This document shows positions 31,032 through 40,820 of a stretch of 64,000 nucleotides of DNA, piece after piece. The stretch lies in assembly GCA_902769185.1 (NCBI GenBank), contig CACXNV010000001.1, positions 4,021 through 68,020 on the forward strand, written 5' to 3'. Every line of letters starts with the position of its first letter. The first letter of the stretch is position 1. Source of the DNA: an uncultured Erysipelotrichaceae bacterium. Its GTDB lineage: Bacteria; Bacillota_I; Bacilli_A; RFN20; CAG-826. The notes under the pieces were generated by a model. It saw only the letters and a program-made list of their open reading frames with translations. It made no database searches and was not told the DNA's origin. A program made the translations under genes and the position numbers.

Positions 31032-31051
31032 ACACAAAATTTGATTGTATT

Positions 31052-31078
31052 AAAAGGCGATAATAAAATTCGCCTTTT
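31052..31078 (+). terminator. Rho-independent terminator
   Basis: A 9-bp stem, aaaaggcga / tcgcctttt. Confidence 0.7.
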
Positions 31079-31148
31079 AATATGCTTTGTATAATTCTTT
31101 ATCTATTAATATATTTAATATAAAATATATAAGTAACGGAGATTATCT

Positions 31149-32297
31149 ATGAAACACACTAAATTTTTTATAATTCCTATTAGCGTATTAATGCTACTTG
31201 GCTGTTCTAGCGAAGTTATTATTCCTAGCGATATAAAATTTACTCCTTGCTCTTTTTCTACAGACATTGAACTTCATAGTGAAACTCAACTAAACGCTTT
31301 TATTAATAATTTTGATGTTGTTTATGATGATGTTTCTTATGATTATTTAAAACCGTATGACAACATTTTATTAAAAGAAGATTTAACTAAACCTAATAAA
31401 GTTCATTTAAGTTGGGAAGTAGAAGTTGATAAAGGTAGTGTTTCTGAATATAAAGTTTATTTATCTGAATATGAAGATATGTCTAATAAGTTAAGTTATA
31501 CAACTAACTCAATTTCTTTAGATATCTCTAATTTAAAAGTAGACACTGATTATTATTGGCAAATTGAAGCTTATGGCTTTAAAAGTAATGTTGCTAGTTT
31601 TTCCACTAACAAGACCAAGATAAGAGGAATTGATATTGATGGAGTTAATAACGTCCGTGATATAGGCGGATATGGTCAAATAAAGCAAGGCATGATTTAT
31701 CGTGGTGGCGCTTTTGAAAAATATAATAAAACCAAAAAAGTGGTGGAAATTAAAATAACTGACAAAGGTATTAACACAGTTAAAAATGAATTAGGAATAA
31801 AAACTGAAGTCGATTTAAGAAGAAATGATCCTAGCGAACACGAAAACTGCGACTTAACTAAAAGCACAGTTGATGGTTTAAATTATGTGGCTTTACCAAT
31901 GCAATTTAATAATAAGAACATCTTAACTTGGGATGATGATTATCATAATCCTCAAAAAATTAAATCATTCTTTACTTTATTAGCGGATGAAACCGCATAT
32001 CCTATTTATATGCATTGCTCACAAGGTAAGGATCGTACAGGCTGCTTAGCATACTTAGTTGAAGCTTTGATGGGAGTGGAGTCCACATCTTTATATATGG
32101 ATTATTTATATAGTTCATTATCTAGTTATGACAATCGCGTGAATAGACGTGGAATTGATGAGATGTATGGGTATACTTTAAAGAAATATAAAACTGAAGA
32201 ATTGAGTTTATCAGAAAAGGTCTATTCTTATTTAAACGAAGTAATTGGTTTAAGCAGCGAAACATTGGATTCTGTTATTGACATCCTATCAGTATAG
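31149..32297 (+). CDS. Lipoprotein with an Fn3-like module and a tyrosine/dual-specificity phosphatase domain (Y_phosphatase3-like)
   Basis: Lipobox LLGC and the C-x5-R active site HCSQGKDRTG. Confidence 0.7.
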   Translation: MKHTKFFIIPISVLMLLGCSSEVIIPSDIKFTPCSFSTDIELHSETQLNAFINNFDVVYDDVSYDYLKPYDNILLKEDLTKPNKVHLSWEVEVDKGSVSEYKVYLSEYEDMSNKLSYTTNSISLDISNLKVDTDYYWQIEAYGFKSNVASFSTNKTKIRGIDIDGVNNVRDIGGYGQIKQGMIYRGGAFEKYNKTKKVVEIKITDKGINTVKNELGIKTEVDLRRNDPSEHENCDLTKSTVDGLNYVALPMQFNNKNILTWDDDYHNPQKIKSFFTLLADETAYPIYMHCSQGKDRTGCLAYLVEALMGVESTSLYMDYLYSSLSSYDNRVNRRGIDEMYGYTLKKYKTEELSLSEKVYSYLNEVIGLSSETLDSVIDILSV

Positions 32298-32342
32298 TAG
32301 GTTATATAGATAATATTAATATTTATTAAAAAAATTAGATAA

Positions 32343-33479
32343 ATGGAAGACAATCAAGAAAAGAAAGTAATTAATTTAGATCCGTTAAAAAAGGGTAAAC
32401 GTATCCTATTATTTTTAGCTGATTATTTTATTGATTTTATTCTGGGATTTCTACTTTTTGTAGTCATGGTTTATCCTTTAGGAAAGGTAATGACTGGTTT
32501 TAGCGCTAAAAAGGATGTTTATAACGCTAATCTAGAATTACGTGGTCAAATATTAATTGGGAGTAAAATAATTCATAATTCCCATGATGTAGATATTTAT
32601 AATATCTCATATAATGTTGACTTTACATCTGATTGCTTTTTATCTTATTACGCATTTGATGAAGAAAGTCCTTCTAATATGCGCTACAACCAATTTGGAC
32701 ATAAGGAAGATAATAAAGTTTTTCATACTTATTTCATCAATATCTTGGGGGACGAAAATAAATTTATTACTTTGTTCGATAAGTATAATGAGAAGTTCTC
32801 TTATTTTGAAAGAAGTGGAGTCAACTTAACTTTAAAAAGTGAAATTAGAAATCAAGTTAAACCAAACTTCATTAAAGGAGAAGAATGCTCCCAAGTTGGT
32901 AAGGAATATGTTTCTAAAATAAAGAGCTCTGTATATTTACCAATGTTTTCCGAAATAATGGAATCGATTAAGACTTCAGATCTAATTTTTGAAGACCATT
33001 CTTATAATCAAACTCAATCGGCGATTATAGGTTATGAGAAATTTACATTAAACCTTATTACTGCGACAGCGCTTATTGCGGTATTTTTATCTTCATCAGT
33101 TGTATACTTAATCATTCCTTTATGTAATAAGGGACGAAAAACTATTGGTATGTTTATTATGAATATTGAAGTGGTAAATATTCGCTCTTTGGGCTATTTG
33201 AAAAAAAGAGAACAAGTTCTGAGATTTATTTATTCGCTTTTCCAAGTATTTCTGATTTCATTTTTTGTACCAATGACTTCTATTCCATTTGTAGAAATGT
33301 TTAGAATTCAATTGCTATTTATTATTTTGCTATTCTCATTGGCGTTTATGCTTATAAACATGACAGTTATATTATTTGACCAATACAATAGATCGTTATT
33401 TGATCGCTTATTAGGGGTGATTCATTTAAAGACTGCTGATTTAGATGAAGTTTATCGTGCAAAAGGATATTATCTATAA
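32343..33479 (+). CDS. RDD-family-like membrane protein with a large extracytoplasmic loop (paralog 1)
   Basis: N-terminal ILLFLADYFIDFILGFLL helix and C-terminal GRKTIGMFIMNIEVV motif, with the same architecture as the next gene. Confidence 0.4.
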   Translation: MEDNQEKKVINLDPLKKGKRILLFLADYFIDFILGFLLFVVMVYPLGKVMTGFSAKKDVYNANLELRGQILIGSKIIHNSHDVDIYNISYNVDFTSDCFLSYYAFDEESPSNMRYNQFGHKEDNKVFHTYFINILGDENKFITLFDKYNEKFSYFERSGVNLTLKSEIRNQVKPNFIKGEECSQVGKEYVSKIKSSVYLPMFSEIMESIKTSDLIFEDHSYNQTQSAIIGYEKFTLNLITATALIAVFLSSSVVYLIIPLCNKGRKTIGMFIMNIEVVNIRSLGYLKKREQVLRFIYSLFQVFLISFFVPMTSIPFVEMFRIQLLFIILLFSLAFMLINMTVILFDQYNRSLFDRLLGVIHLKTADLDEVYRAKGYYL

Positions 33480-33480
33480 T

Positions 33481-34524
33481 ATGAATGACGAGAATGTTGA
33501 AAATATTAATGTTGTAGAAGAAAACACGATAAGCAATGAAATCAATATTAATTATCGAAGACCAAAATTCGCACATCGAGTTTTAGCTAATCTTATCGAT
33601 TTAATTCTTTTTGCTTTAGCTTTTATTGGCTTCTTTTCTTTATCTCGTTATCTAGTAAGTTTAACTCCTCATCACTCCAGAACTTTCGCTACTGTTAATC
33701 AAATGCGACTTGATAGTGGTTTATATAGAGAAGATAACGGTCAAATGATTGATATCGTTTCATATATGAACATTAGTAATGTTTTAACAAATGAAGGTAA
33801 GGTTGTTTTATCAGAATTTAGCATTAAAAAGTTCTTCACTTTTGAAAAGGATTATCTTTCTTTAGACCGTTATACTCAAATGAGCGAGAAATATGATAAC
33901 GATCGCTTAGAAAAGACATATGTCGAAAATTCGGTCACATATCATCTTTTTGAAAAAAATGGTGATAATGAAATTGTTAAAAATAACGACTTTTATGAAG
34001 GACATAAATACGTATATCGTGATTTTTATTTGGACTATATTGATCGATATTTTCAAGGTTATTTTTCAACAACTCCGGCTTATTACGAAGCTACTAGAAT
34101 CTTATTCTATTATTTAGTGTTCCTTGATGTTCCAGTTTCGATTATCTTAAGTGTTGTATTTGTATATTACGTCCCAACCCTTTTCTTTAGAAGAGGCAGA
34201 AGAACTTTAGGAAAAGCATTATACCGAATTGGAACAGTTGATATGAGATTCCTTTCACCTCGATTTGGACGTAATACCGCTAGATGGGCATTATTCCTTT
34301 TGGAGGTTATTCTTGGAATTTGCTCTTTAGGTATAATTTTTATCCTTTCATTTACGATGATGGCGTTTTCTAAAAACAAACAAGGATTTCCGGATTATAT
34401 TCTTGGATTACAAGAAATTGATACATCAAATAACAAAATTTATTACTCATATGAAGAGATTGAATTAAATGATGTTGAGCGACACAAACGTCCTACTGAT
34501 TTTAGGTTAATTCAGCGTCCATAG
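33481..34524 (+). CDS. RDD-family membrane protein (paralog 2)
   Basis: FAHRVLANLIDLILFALAF and RRGRRTLGKALYRIGTV motifs. I prefer the ATG at 33481, just after the upstream stop, to the overlapping 33445. Confidence 0.5.
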   Translation: MNDENVENINVVEENTISNEININYRRPKFAHRVLANLIDLILFALAFIGFFSLSRYLVSLTPHHSRTFATVNQMRLDSGLYREDNGQMIDIVSYMNISNVLTNEGKVVLSEFSIKKFFTFEKDYLSLDRYTQMSEKYDNDRLEKTYVENSVTYHLFEKNGDNEIVKNNDFYEGHKYVYRDFYLDYIDRYFQGYFSTTPAYYEATRILFYYLVFLDVPVSIILSVVFVYYVPTLFFRRGRRTLGKALYRIGTVDMRFLSPRFGRNTARWALFLLEVILGICSLGIIFILSFTMMAFSKNKQGFPDYILGLQEIDTSNNKIYYSYEEIELNDVERHKRPTDFRLIQRP

Positions 34525-34560
34525 TCGTTTTCAAAACTCCTATTAATATTTATTTATTAA

Positions 34561-34589
34561 TTGCCTATATTTTAGTTGTTGACTATAAT
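34561..34589 (+). promoter_or_regulatory. Putative promoter of the nine-gene surface/ABC/nuclease operon
   Basis: TTGCCT, 17 nt spacer, TATAAT. Confidence 0.45.
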
Positions 34590-34643
34590 AATAGTGTCTT
34601 TATGATTCACACAATAAGAAAATTGTTGGAGGTCACGAAATCC

Positions 34644-36719
34644 ATGAAAAAGATTTTTTTCAAGTTGTCCATAAGTGCATTTTCTTTTGCTATCATATCT
34701 GTTTTAGGCATTGTAATCAGCACTCAAAGCAGCAAACCTGCTATTTTAAATGCTGATGGGGGAGCAACAGAAACCGCTCCTGATTTTACTGGTGAAGTAG
34801 AATTTAACGTTGGAGATATGTCTGTTAATGCAACTAGCTCCTCCCAAACCAATTTCTCTACTTCATACCAAATTACTTACTCAACTGGTGGTAAAGCCAT
34901 TGTTGATAATGCTTTAGGTGGTAGTTTTGTCAATGTCATTGGTGATGTTGTTGATGGCGAGGACGCTTTAATTAAGCGTGCTACTGAGATTCACAACTTA
35001 CCAGCTGATGAACAAGAAGCAATGCATTATTTAGTGGAAATTGGTGAATTAGAAACTGAACTTTATGATGGTCATGTTTTTAGATTTAATTCCCAAAAAA
35101 CCGACGTTTTTGTTCCAGAAACCATTTCTCGTGGTACTTATGACTGGGATTCAATTTTCGATGTTAATGTTGTTTCTATTTTAGATAACGCCTTTACATC
35201 TACTGCCTTTGTTGAAAAATTGTATATTCCTGATACTGTTGAAGTTATTTCTGCTGAAGCATTTGTAAAGGCTCCAAATCTATCTGATATCTATGTCGAA
35301 TTTAATGAAAGCGATATTCCTGTTGGATGGGCAGAAGGCTGGAATGCAGGAAAAACTGTTCATTATGGTATAGAAGACATTTATTCTTACGCTCCTATTT
35401 CCTCTCAAAGTGGTTATCGCCATCCATCTTTTACACAATTCAGCACAGTTGGTGACGATTCAATAAACTATATGTTTGGTTATGTTCCAAGAGATGAATC
35501 TAAGGGTAATTATCCAATCACTGTCGAATATAAGCTTATTGGTGACAATAAAGTTTATTTCTTACCGATAGAGAAAACTAACCCTACTACTGATTATGAT
35601 AGTGTTGGCGGTGGTATTGGTACTGGTGCTTCAACTAACAAGTATACCAATTCTTTCTTTATTGATATTGATATCAATTATGGTGAAGAGGTTGATTTTG
35701 AATCAATTGTCATTCATAACATCTTTAAAGCTAAGAGCGATAGTTCTTCTGGCTCATTAGTGTGGACTCCTGATTTTGATCATCGTTATTATGTCAAACC
35801 TGGTCATGCATTTAGTAGAGTAAACTATTTAGAAGATTTTGTTTCTATTGAGTTCAAAACAGTTTCAGCTTTTGCTGGATATTCTTCAGTCTCGGCCAGT
35901 GTTTCTAAAATTAATTCTGGTCTTGATGTTTATAAAGCAAACAAGGAATATTATTACAATATCTATAAAGATAACCTTGAAAACGGCAGCGCTTATATTC
36001 GTTATCGTTTAACTCAATTAAACAAGGCTTCTTATTTAGTGGATGCAGGAAATGGACAAATTGAAATTGATCCTGCTACCGAAGTTACTCAATATATCAT
36101 TAAAAAGAATTTAAATAACACCCTCGGCTTCGTCTACAAAAACTCTAGCCTTGGATTAAATAGTTATTCCGTTAAAGACGTGAAATCATTCGCGATTAAA
36201 GGTATGACTATTACTATCGATGTTGTCAATAACGGCAGCATTATCAAGTCAAGTTATAAGACCGCAAGATTTGGTATTATTTTCATCAAAGCACCTGTTG
36301 ATGCTGCAAAAACATTTAATGCTGATTTACTTGTTATCTTATTAGCGGTTGGTTATACCGGACTAGCTTTAATTATTGCAACAACATTATTCTTTGTTTA
36401 TAAAAAGATTTATAGGAATGACGAATTTAAGAGATTAAAACCAAAACAATTTATTAGAAAAGCTATTATTTATTGGGCTACTTCTCTAGCTATTGTTCTT
36501 GCTCTAACATTTATCATTTTAAGAAATACTGCATTTACGGCTGCAATTGCTGTTTATAATCCGGTTGACACATTTATTGTTATCTTTGGCATCGCGTCCA
36601 TTATTATTCTTGGATACTATGTCAGAAATATGATTATTGCTACTAAAGCAAGACGACAAAAGAAAAAAGCAACCAAACTCGGACTTCTTGATGAAGTGGC
36701 CGATGATGGTACTAAATAA
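34644..36719 (+). CDS. Surface protein with BspA-type leucine-rich repeats, an N-terminal signal anchor and C-terminal TM helices
   Basis: VVSILDNAF....VEKLYIPDTVEVISAEAFVKAPNLSDIYV matches the LRR_5 pattern. There are three C-terminal hydrophobic helices, and GGAGG precedes the ATG at 34644. Confidence 0.4.
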   Translation: MKKIFFKLSISAFSFAIISVLGIVISTQSSKPAILNADGGATETAPDFTGEVEFNVGDMSVNATSSSQTNFSTSYQITYSTGGKAIVDNALGGSFVNVIGDVVDGEDALIKRATEIHNLPADEQEAMHYLVEIGELETELYDGHVFRFNSQKTDVFVPETISRGTYDWDSIFDVNVVSILDNAFTSTAFVEKLYIPDTVEVISAEAFVKAPNLSDIYVEFNESDIPVGWAEGWNAGKTVHYGIEDIYSYAPISSQSGYRHPSFTQFSTVGDDSINYMFGYVPRDESKGNYPITVEYKLIGDNKVYFLPIEKTNPTTDYDSVGGGIGTGASTNKYTNSFFIDIDINYGEEVDFESIVIHNIFKAKSDSSSGSLVWTPDFDHRYYVKPGHAFSRVNYLEDFVSIEFKTVSAFAGYSSVSASVSKINSGLDVYKANKEYYYNIYKDNLENGSAYIRYRLTQLNKASYLVDAGNGQIEIDPATEVTQYIIKKNLNNTLGFVYKNSSLGLNSYSVKDVKSFAIKGMTITIDVVNNGSIIKSSYKTARFGIIFIKAPVDAAKTFNADLLVILLAVGYTGLALIIATTLFFVYKKIYRNDEFKRLKPKQFIRKAIIYWATSLAIVLALTFIILRNTAFTAAIAVYNPVDTFIVIFGIASIIILGYYVRNMIIATKARRQKKKATKLGLLDEVADDGTK

Positions 36720-36736
36720 AGTTAGGAGTTTAAATT

Positions 36737-38647
36737 ATGGAAATTAGAATTAAGAACTTAACCAAAATTTTCCCTGGTGACGCCAAAAAGAACATTCGTG
36801 ACACAATCGCTGTTAAAGATTTAGATTTTACAGTCGATGATGGTACTCTTGTTGGTTTATTAGGGCCTTCTGGATGTGGTAAATCTACAACTCTTTATAT
36901 GATTAGTGGTTTACAGACACCAACATCTGGCGAAGTATGGTTTGGTGATCAAGAAGTTACTAACTTGTCTCCAGAAAAAAGAGGTATTGGTTTAGTTTTC
37001 CAAAACTATGCTTTATATCCTCATATGACTATTTTCAAAAATATTGAATTCCCACTTACAAATTTAAAGGTTGAAATTCCTTTAGTTACCTTCTTTAATT
37101 TCGATTTTGATTATGAATATAAGCTAAATGAATCTGATGTACCAGATGGTATTATTAAGAGTTTAGTTTCTTTGTTAAAGAAGATTGGTTTAAAAAGAAA
37201 ACAATTCGATATCAAACACGAAGTAGTGGATGGTTTATTAAAAGTGCACGTTCAAATTAAGAATGTTTCTACCGCAGTTAGAGATATGTTCAAACTTAAT
37301 ATGGAACGTATTGTTAAATTCAAACTCGTTAGTGAATCTGAAGTCCAAACAAGCGACGCTTTATATGACTCCACAATTAGAGCGGTTGTTGGTAAGAGAT
37401 TTGATAACGAAACCCTTGATGTTACTTTAAGAGCTAGACTCCCTAAAGAATTTACGACCGATCATTTAGATGAAACTATTAATGCTTTCAAGTCTATTGC
37501 CTCTAAATATGGTAAAGCTGGTGAATGTATTATCTCTAGAGGTCAACACGGTTATGAAATCATGGGTCGTGTTTTAAGAGTTTTATCCAGCAAGAAAGAT
37601 GAATTCGCTGCTGAAGCTGTTGCTGAATTACAACTCTCTAATGAGAACGTTATTGTTAATGAAGCTTATAACCATGAAGTTGATCGCGTAATTAAAGATT
37701 TCTTTAAAGCGAAGAAAATGAAATTTACTGACTATAAGTTATATTTTGATAAGACCTATACACGTATTTATTTCAAATTACATAGAACAAAAACTGAAGA
37801 TGCTAAGAGTGCAGTCGAAGAACTTGGTAAACTCCTTGAACTCGATAAAGTTGAATTCGATGTTGCTCAAGCTATCGCCCATAGAGCGTTAACCAAAGAA
37901 GAAAGAAGAGATATCGTTTACGATACTGCTAAACTTGTTCAAGTCGACGAATATCTTGAAAGAAAACCATCTCAATTATCTGGTGGTCAACAACAACGTG
38001 TCGCTATTGCTCGTGCTTTAGTTAAACACCCACGCGTTTTATTATTAGATGAACCGTTATCTAACTTAGACGCTAGATTAAGATTACAAACTCGTGAAGA
38101 AATTAGACGTATTCAACAAGAAACAAAAATTACTTCTGTCTTCGTTACCCACGACCAAGAAGAAGCGATGTCTATTTCTGATCAAATCGTCGTTATGAAA
38201 CTTGGTGTTATGCAACAAATGGGTAAACCTCAAGAAGTTTATAACTCTCCTGCAAACTTATTTGTTGCTCAATTCTTAGGAACTCCACCAATTAATGTCT
38301 TTAAAGGACGAGTTGATGGCAAAAAAGTCATCATTGGAGAAGATGTCGTCCATGAATTAGGCGAAGACTTAGGCAAAAAAGATGTCTGGGTTGCTATTCG
38401 ACCAGAAGGATTTATTTTAGCTAAACCAAGCGACAAAAACGTTTTACACGCTAATTGTGAAATGATTCAAGTTATGGGACGTGATATTTCCGTTGTTGCT
38501 AATAACGAACAATGTACTAAACCAACATTTAAGGCGATTATTTCTGCTGATGATGATGTCAAAGCTGGACCAGTTGCCTTTAAAATTAAACCTCACAAAA
38601 TATTCATTTTTGATAGTGAAACTGAAGAGAGAATTTATACAAAATAA
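36737..38647 (+). CDS. ABC transporter ATP-binding protein (MalK/UgpC type) with a roughly 270-aa insertion inside the NBD
   Basis: Walker A GPSGCGKST, Q-loop VFQNYALYPHMT, then an insertion, then LSGGQQQRVAIARAL, LLLDEPLSNLD, VTHDQ and a C-terminal regulatory (TOBE-like) domain. Confidence 0.9.
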   Translation: MEIRIKNLTKIFPGDAKKNIRDTIAVKDLDFTVDDGTLVGLLGPSGCGKSTTLYMISGLQTPTSGEVWFGDQEVTNLSPEKRGIGLVFQNYALYPHMTIFKNIEFPLTNLKVEIPLVTFFNFDFDYEYKLNESDVPDGIIKSLVSLLKKIGLKRKQFDIKHEVVDGLLKVHVQIKNVSTAVRDMFKLNMERIVKFKLVSESEVQTSDALYDSTIRAVVGKRFDNETLDVTLRARLPKEFTTDHLDETINAFKSIASKYGKAGECIISRGQHGYEIMGRVLRVLSSKKDEFAAEAVAELQLSNENVIVNEAYNHEVDRVIKDFFKAKKMKFTDYKLYFDKTYTRIYFKLHRTKTEDAKSAVEELGKLLELDKVEFDVAQAIAHRALTKEERRDIVYDTAKLVQVDEYLERKPSQLSGGQQQRVAIARALVKHPRVLLLDEPLSNLDARLRLQTREEIRRIQQETKITSVFVTHDQEEAMSISDQIVVMKLGVMQQMGKPQEVYNSPANLFVAQFLGTPPINVFKGRVDGKKVIIGEDVVHELGEDLGKKDVWVAIRPEGFILAKPSDKNVLHANCEMIQVMGRDISVVANNEQCTKPTFKAIISADDDVKAGPVAFKIKPHKIFIFDSETEERIYTK

Positions 38648-38661
38648 TAGGAGGCTTTAAC

Positions 38662-39780
38662 ATGTGGAATAAAATCCTTACATTCTTACATATTAAGAAA
38701 AAGAAACAAGTTGAAGTCGCTAGCAACGGTCTTTTGGTTGCAGAACCGGAAGTTCGTCCAGAATATGTAGAAGGATACTATGAAGAAAGCGATACGATTA
38801 TTCGTTTGGTTTCTAATAAAAAGAAAAAGAACCAAAAGGCGTATCAAATTACTGGTATTGATGATGTAGCCGCTACAAATAACTGGAAAGGTTGGCTATA
38901 TTTAGCTCCTGTTATTGTTTTGATTGCTGTCTTCTTGTTATATCCATTAGTGAATACCATTTTCATTTCTTTTGCTAAGGACTATGAATACGCTACTGGA
39001 CATTTTTCTGGTGTTACCTTAGATAACTTTGGACAAATCTTTGGTATTACCACTGCTGGAAAAGGCGGAAAAGAAGTATTCTTTACTCAATACGCGATTC
39101 CAAATACATTAATTATCACATTTGTTACAGTCCCTGTTTCAATTGTCTTAGCATTAATTATTTCTGTCGCTTTAAACAGTATTAAATGGTTCCAAAAGAC
39201 ATTACAAACAATGTTCTTCCTCCCTTACGTTACTAACGCTATGGCGGTTGGTCTTGTTTTCTCTGTCTTGTTCCAAGAAAAAGGTATTATTAATTACATC
39301 TTTGGCATTAACAAAGCATGGATTTTCGCAGCTGATCGTTGGGACGCTATGCTTCCATTATGTTTATTCATTATTTGGAACTCAATTCCATTTAAGATTT
39401 TAATCTTCCTTTCTGGACTTCAAGGCATTGATAAGCAGTACTATCAAGCTGCCCAAATTGATAGCTGTCCAAAATGGAAAGTTTTAACAAAGATTACTGT
39501 TCCATTACTATCTCCTCAAATTTTATACATTATGATCACAAGCTTTATTGGATCATTTAAGGAATATACTTCTGTTGTTGCCTTATTTAATGGTCCTGGT
39601 ACTTATGGTGCCGCTAGTGCTAGTGATCCTAACATGGAAACTATTGTTTATTACGTTTACGCAAACGTTGAAGCTGGATTTACAAGTAGAGCCGCTGCTG
39701 CCGGTGTCTTCCTATTTGTAATTGTCTTGGTGTTTACTTTCATTCAAATGAAGGTATCCAAGTCAAGAGTCCATTATTAA
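38662..39780 (+). CDS. ABC transporter permease (MalF/UgpA type)
   Basis: Six TM helices and an EAA-loop region (AAQIDSCPKWKVLTKITVPLLSP). Confidence 0.85.
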   Translation: MWNKILTFLHIKKKKQVEVASNGLLVAEPEVRPEYVEGYYEESDTIIRLVSNKKKKNQKAYQITGIDDVAATNNWKGWLYLAPVIVLIAVFLLYPLVNTIFISFAKDYEYATGHFSGVTLDNFGQIFGITTAGKGGKEVFFTQYAIPNTLIITFVTVPVSIVLALIISVALNSIKWFQKTLQTMFFLPYVTNAMAVGLVFSVLFQEKGIINYIFGINKAWIFAADRWDAMLPLCLFIIWNSIPFKILIFLSGLQGIDKQYYQAAQIDSCPKWKVLTKITVPLLSPQILYIMITSFIGSFKEYTSVVALFNGPGTYGAASASDPNMETIVYYVYANVEAGFTSRAAAAGVFLFVIVLVFTFIQMKVSKSRVHY

Positions 39781-39792
39781 GGTGGTGATATT

Positions 39793-40776
39793 ATGGCATT
39801 TGCATTATTTAAGAAAAGCGAAAATCAATATATCAACTTTAGAAAAGTTAAAGTTAATAACAACATTGTTTTATCTATTGAAGAAGCCGGAAAAACCACT
39901 GAGGCTATTAAATCAACAGAAAAAGTAGTGAAGATTATTACCACGATTTTAACTTATGCCTTTATTTTAGCTTTAGCTTTAATTGTCGTATTCCCATTCT
40001 ATTGGATGATTATTACTTCTTTAAAGCAAAGGGCAGAAATTGAACAAATCAATCAAACATTCTTCCCTAATGTTGTAATGTGGTCTAACTACGCTTATGT
40101 TTTCCAAGTATTTGATTTCTCAACTTATATGGGCAACACCATTGTTGTTGCGATTTTCTCTACTTTAGGTACATTGATTACTACAATCTTTGCCGCTTTC
40201 GCGTTCTCTAGATTGAGATTTAAAGGACGTGACACTGTCTTCTTTGTCTTCTTAATGACAATGATGATTCCTGGCGAAATGATGGTTATTTCTAACTATT
40301 TGACCGTTTCGGCATTTGGCTGGATTAAAGATCAAACTCGTACCGATGCTTATTTAGCAATGGTTATTCCATTTATGGTCAGTGTTTTCCATATTTACTT
40401 GTTAAGACAAAACTTCAAACAAATTCCTGATGCTTTATATCTTGCTGCTAAAGTTGACGGTAAGAGCGATTGGGACTTCTTATGGAAAGTAATGGTTCCT
40501 CTTGCAGCACCAACTCTTATTTCTATTACTATTTTAAAATTCATGGGAACATGGAACTCCTATGTGTGGCCAAACTTAGTTACCAAAAAAGAAGCTTTCC
40601 GTTTAATTTCTAACGGATTAAGAGGTGCGGCATTCAATGATCCTGATAGTGGCATTATTGAATACGGTTATCAAATGGCAGCATCAGTTTGCGTTACCGT
40701 TCCATTATTCTTATTATTCGTCTTCTTCCGCAAGTACATCATGAAAGGTGTTGGAAGAGCAGGTATTAAAGGTTAA
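39793..40776 (+). CDS. ABC transporter permease (MalG/UgpE type)
   Basis: EAA-loop AAKVDGKSDWDFLWKVMVPLAAP in a polytopic protein. Confidence 0.85.
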   Translation: MAFALFKKSENQYINFRKVKVNNNIVLSIEEAGKTTEAIKSTEKVVKIITTILTYAFILALALIVVFPFYWMIITSLKQRAEIEQINQTFFPNVVMWSNYAYVFQVFDFSTYMGNTIVVAIFSTLGTLITTIFAAFAFSRLRFKGRDTVFFVFLMTMMIPGEMMVISNYLTVSAFGWIKDQTRTDAYLAMVIPFMVSVFHIYLLRQNFKQIPDALYLAAKVDGKSDWDFLWKVMVPLAAPTLISITILKFMGTWNSYVWPNLVTKKEAFRLISNGLRGAAFNDPDSGIIEYGYQMAASVCVTVPLFLLFVFFRKYIMKGVGRAGIKG

Positions 40777-40820
40777 TTATTTTGCTTTGCAAATAATTAT
40801 AAATTACTAGAGGTAAAATT

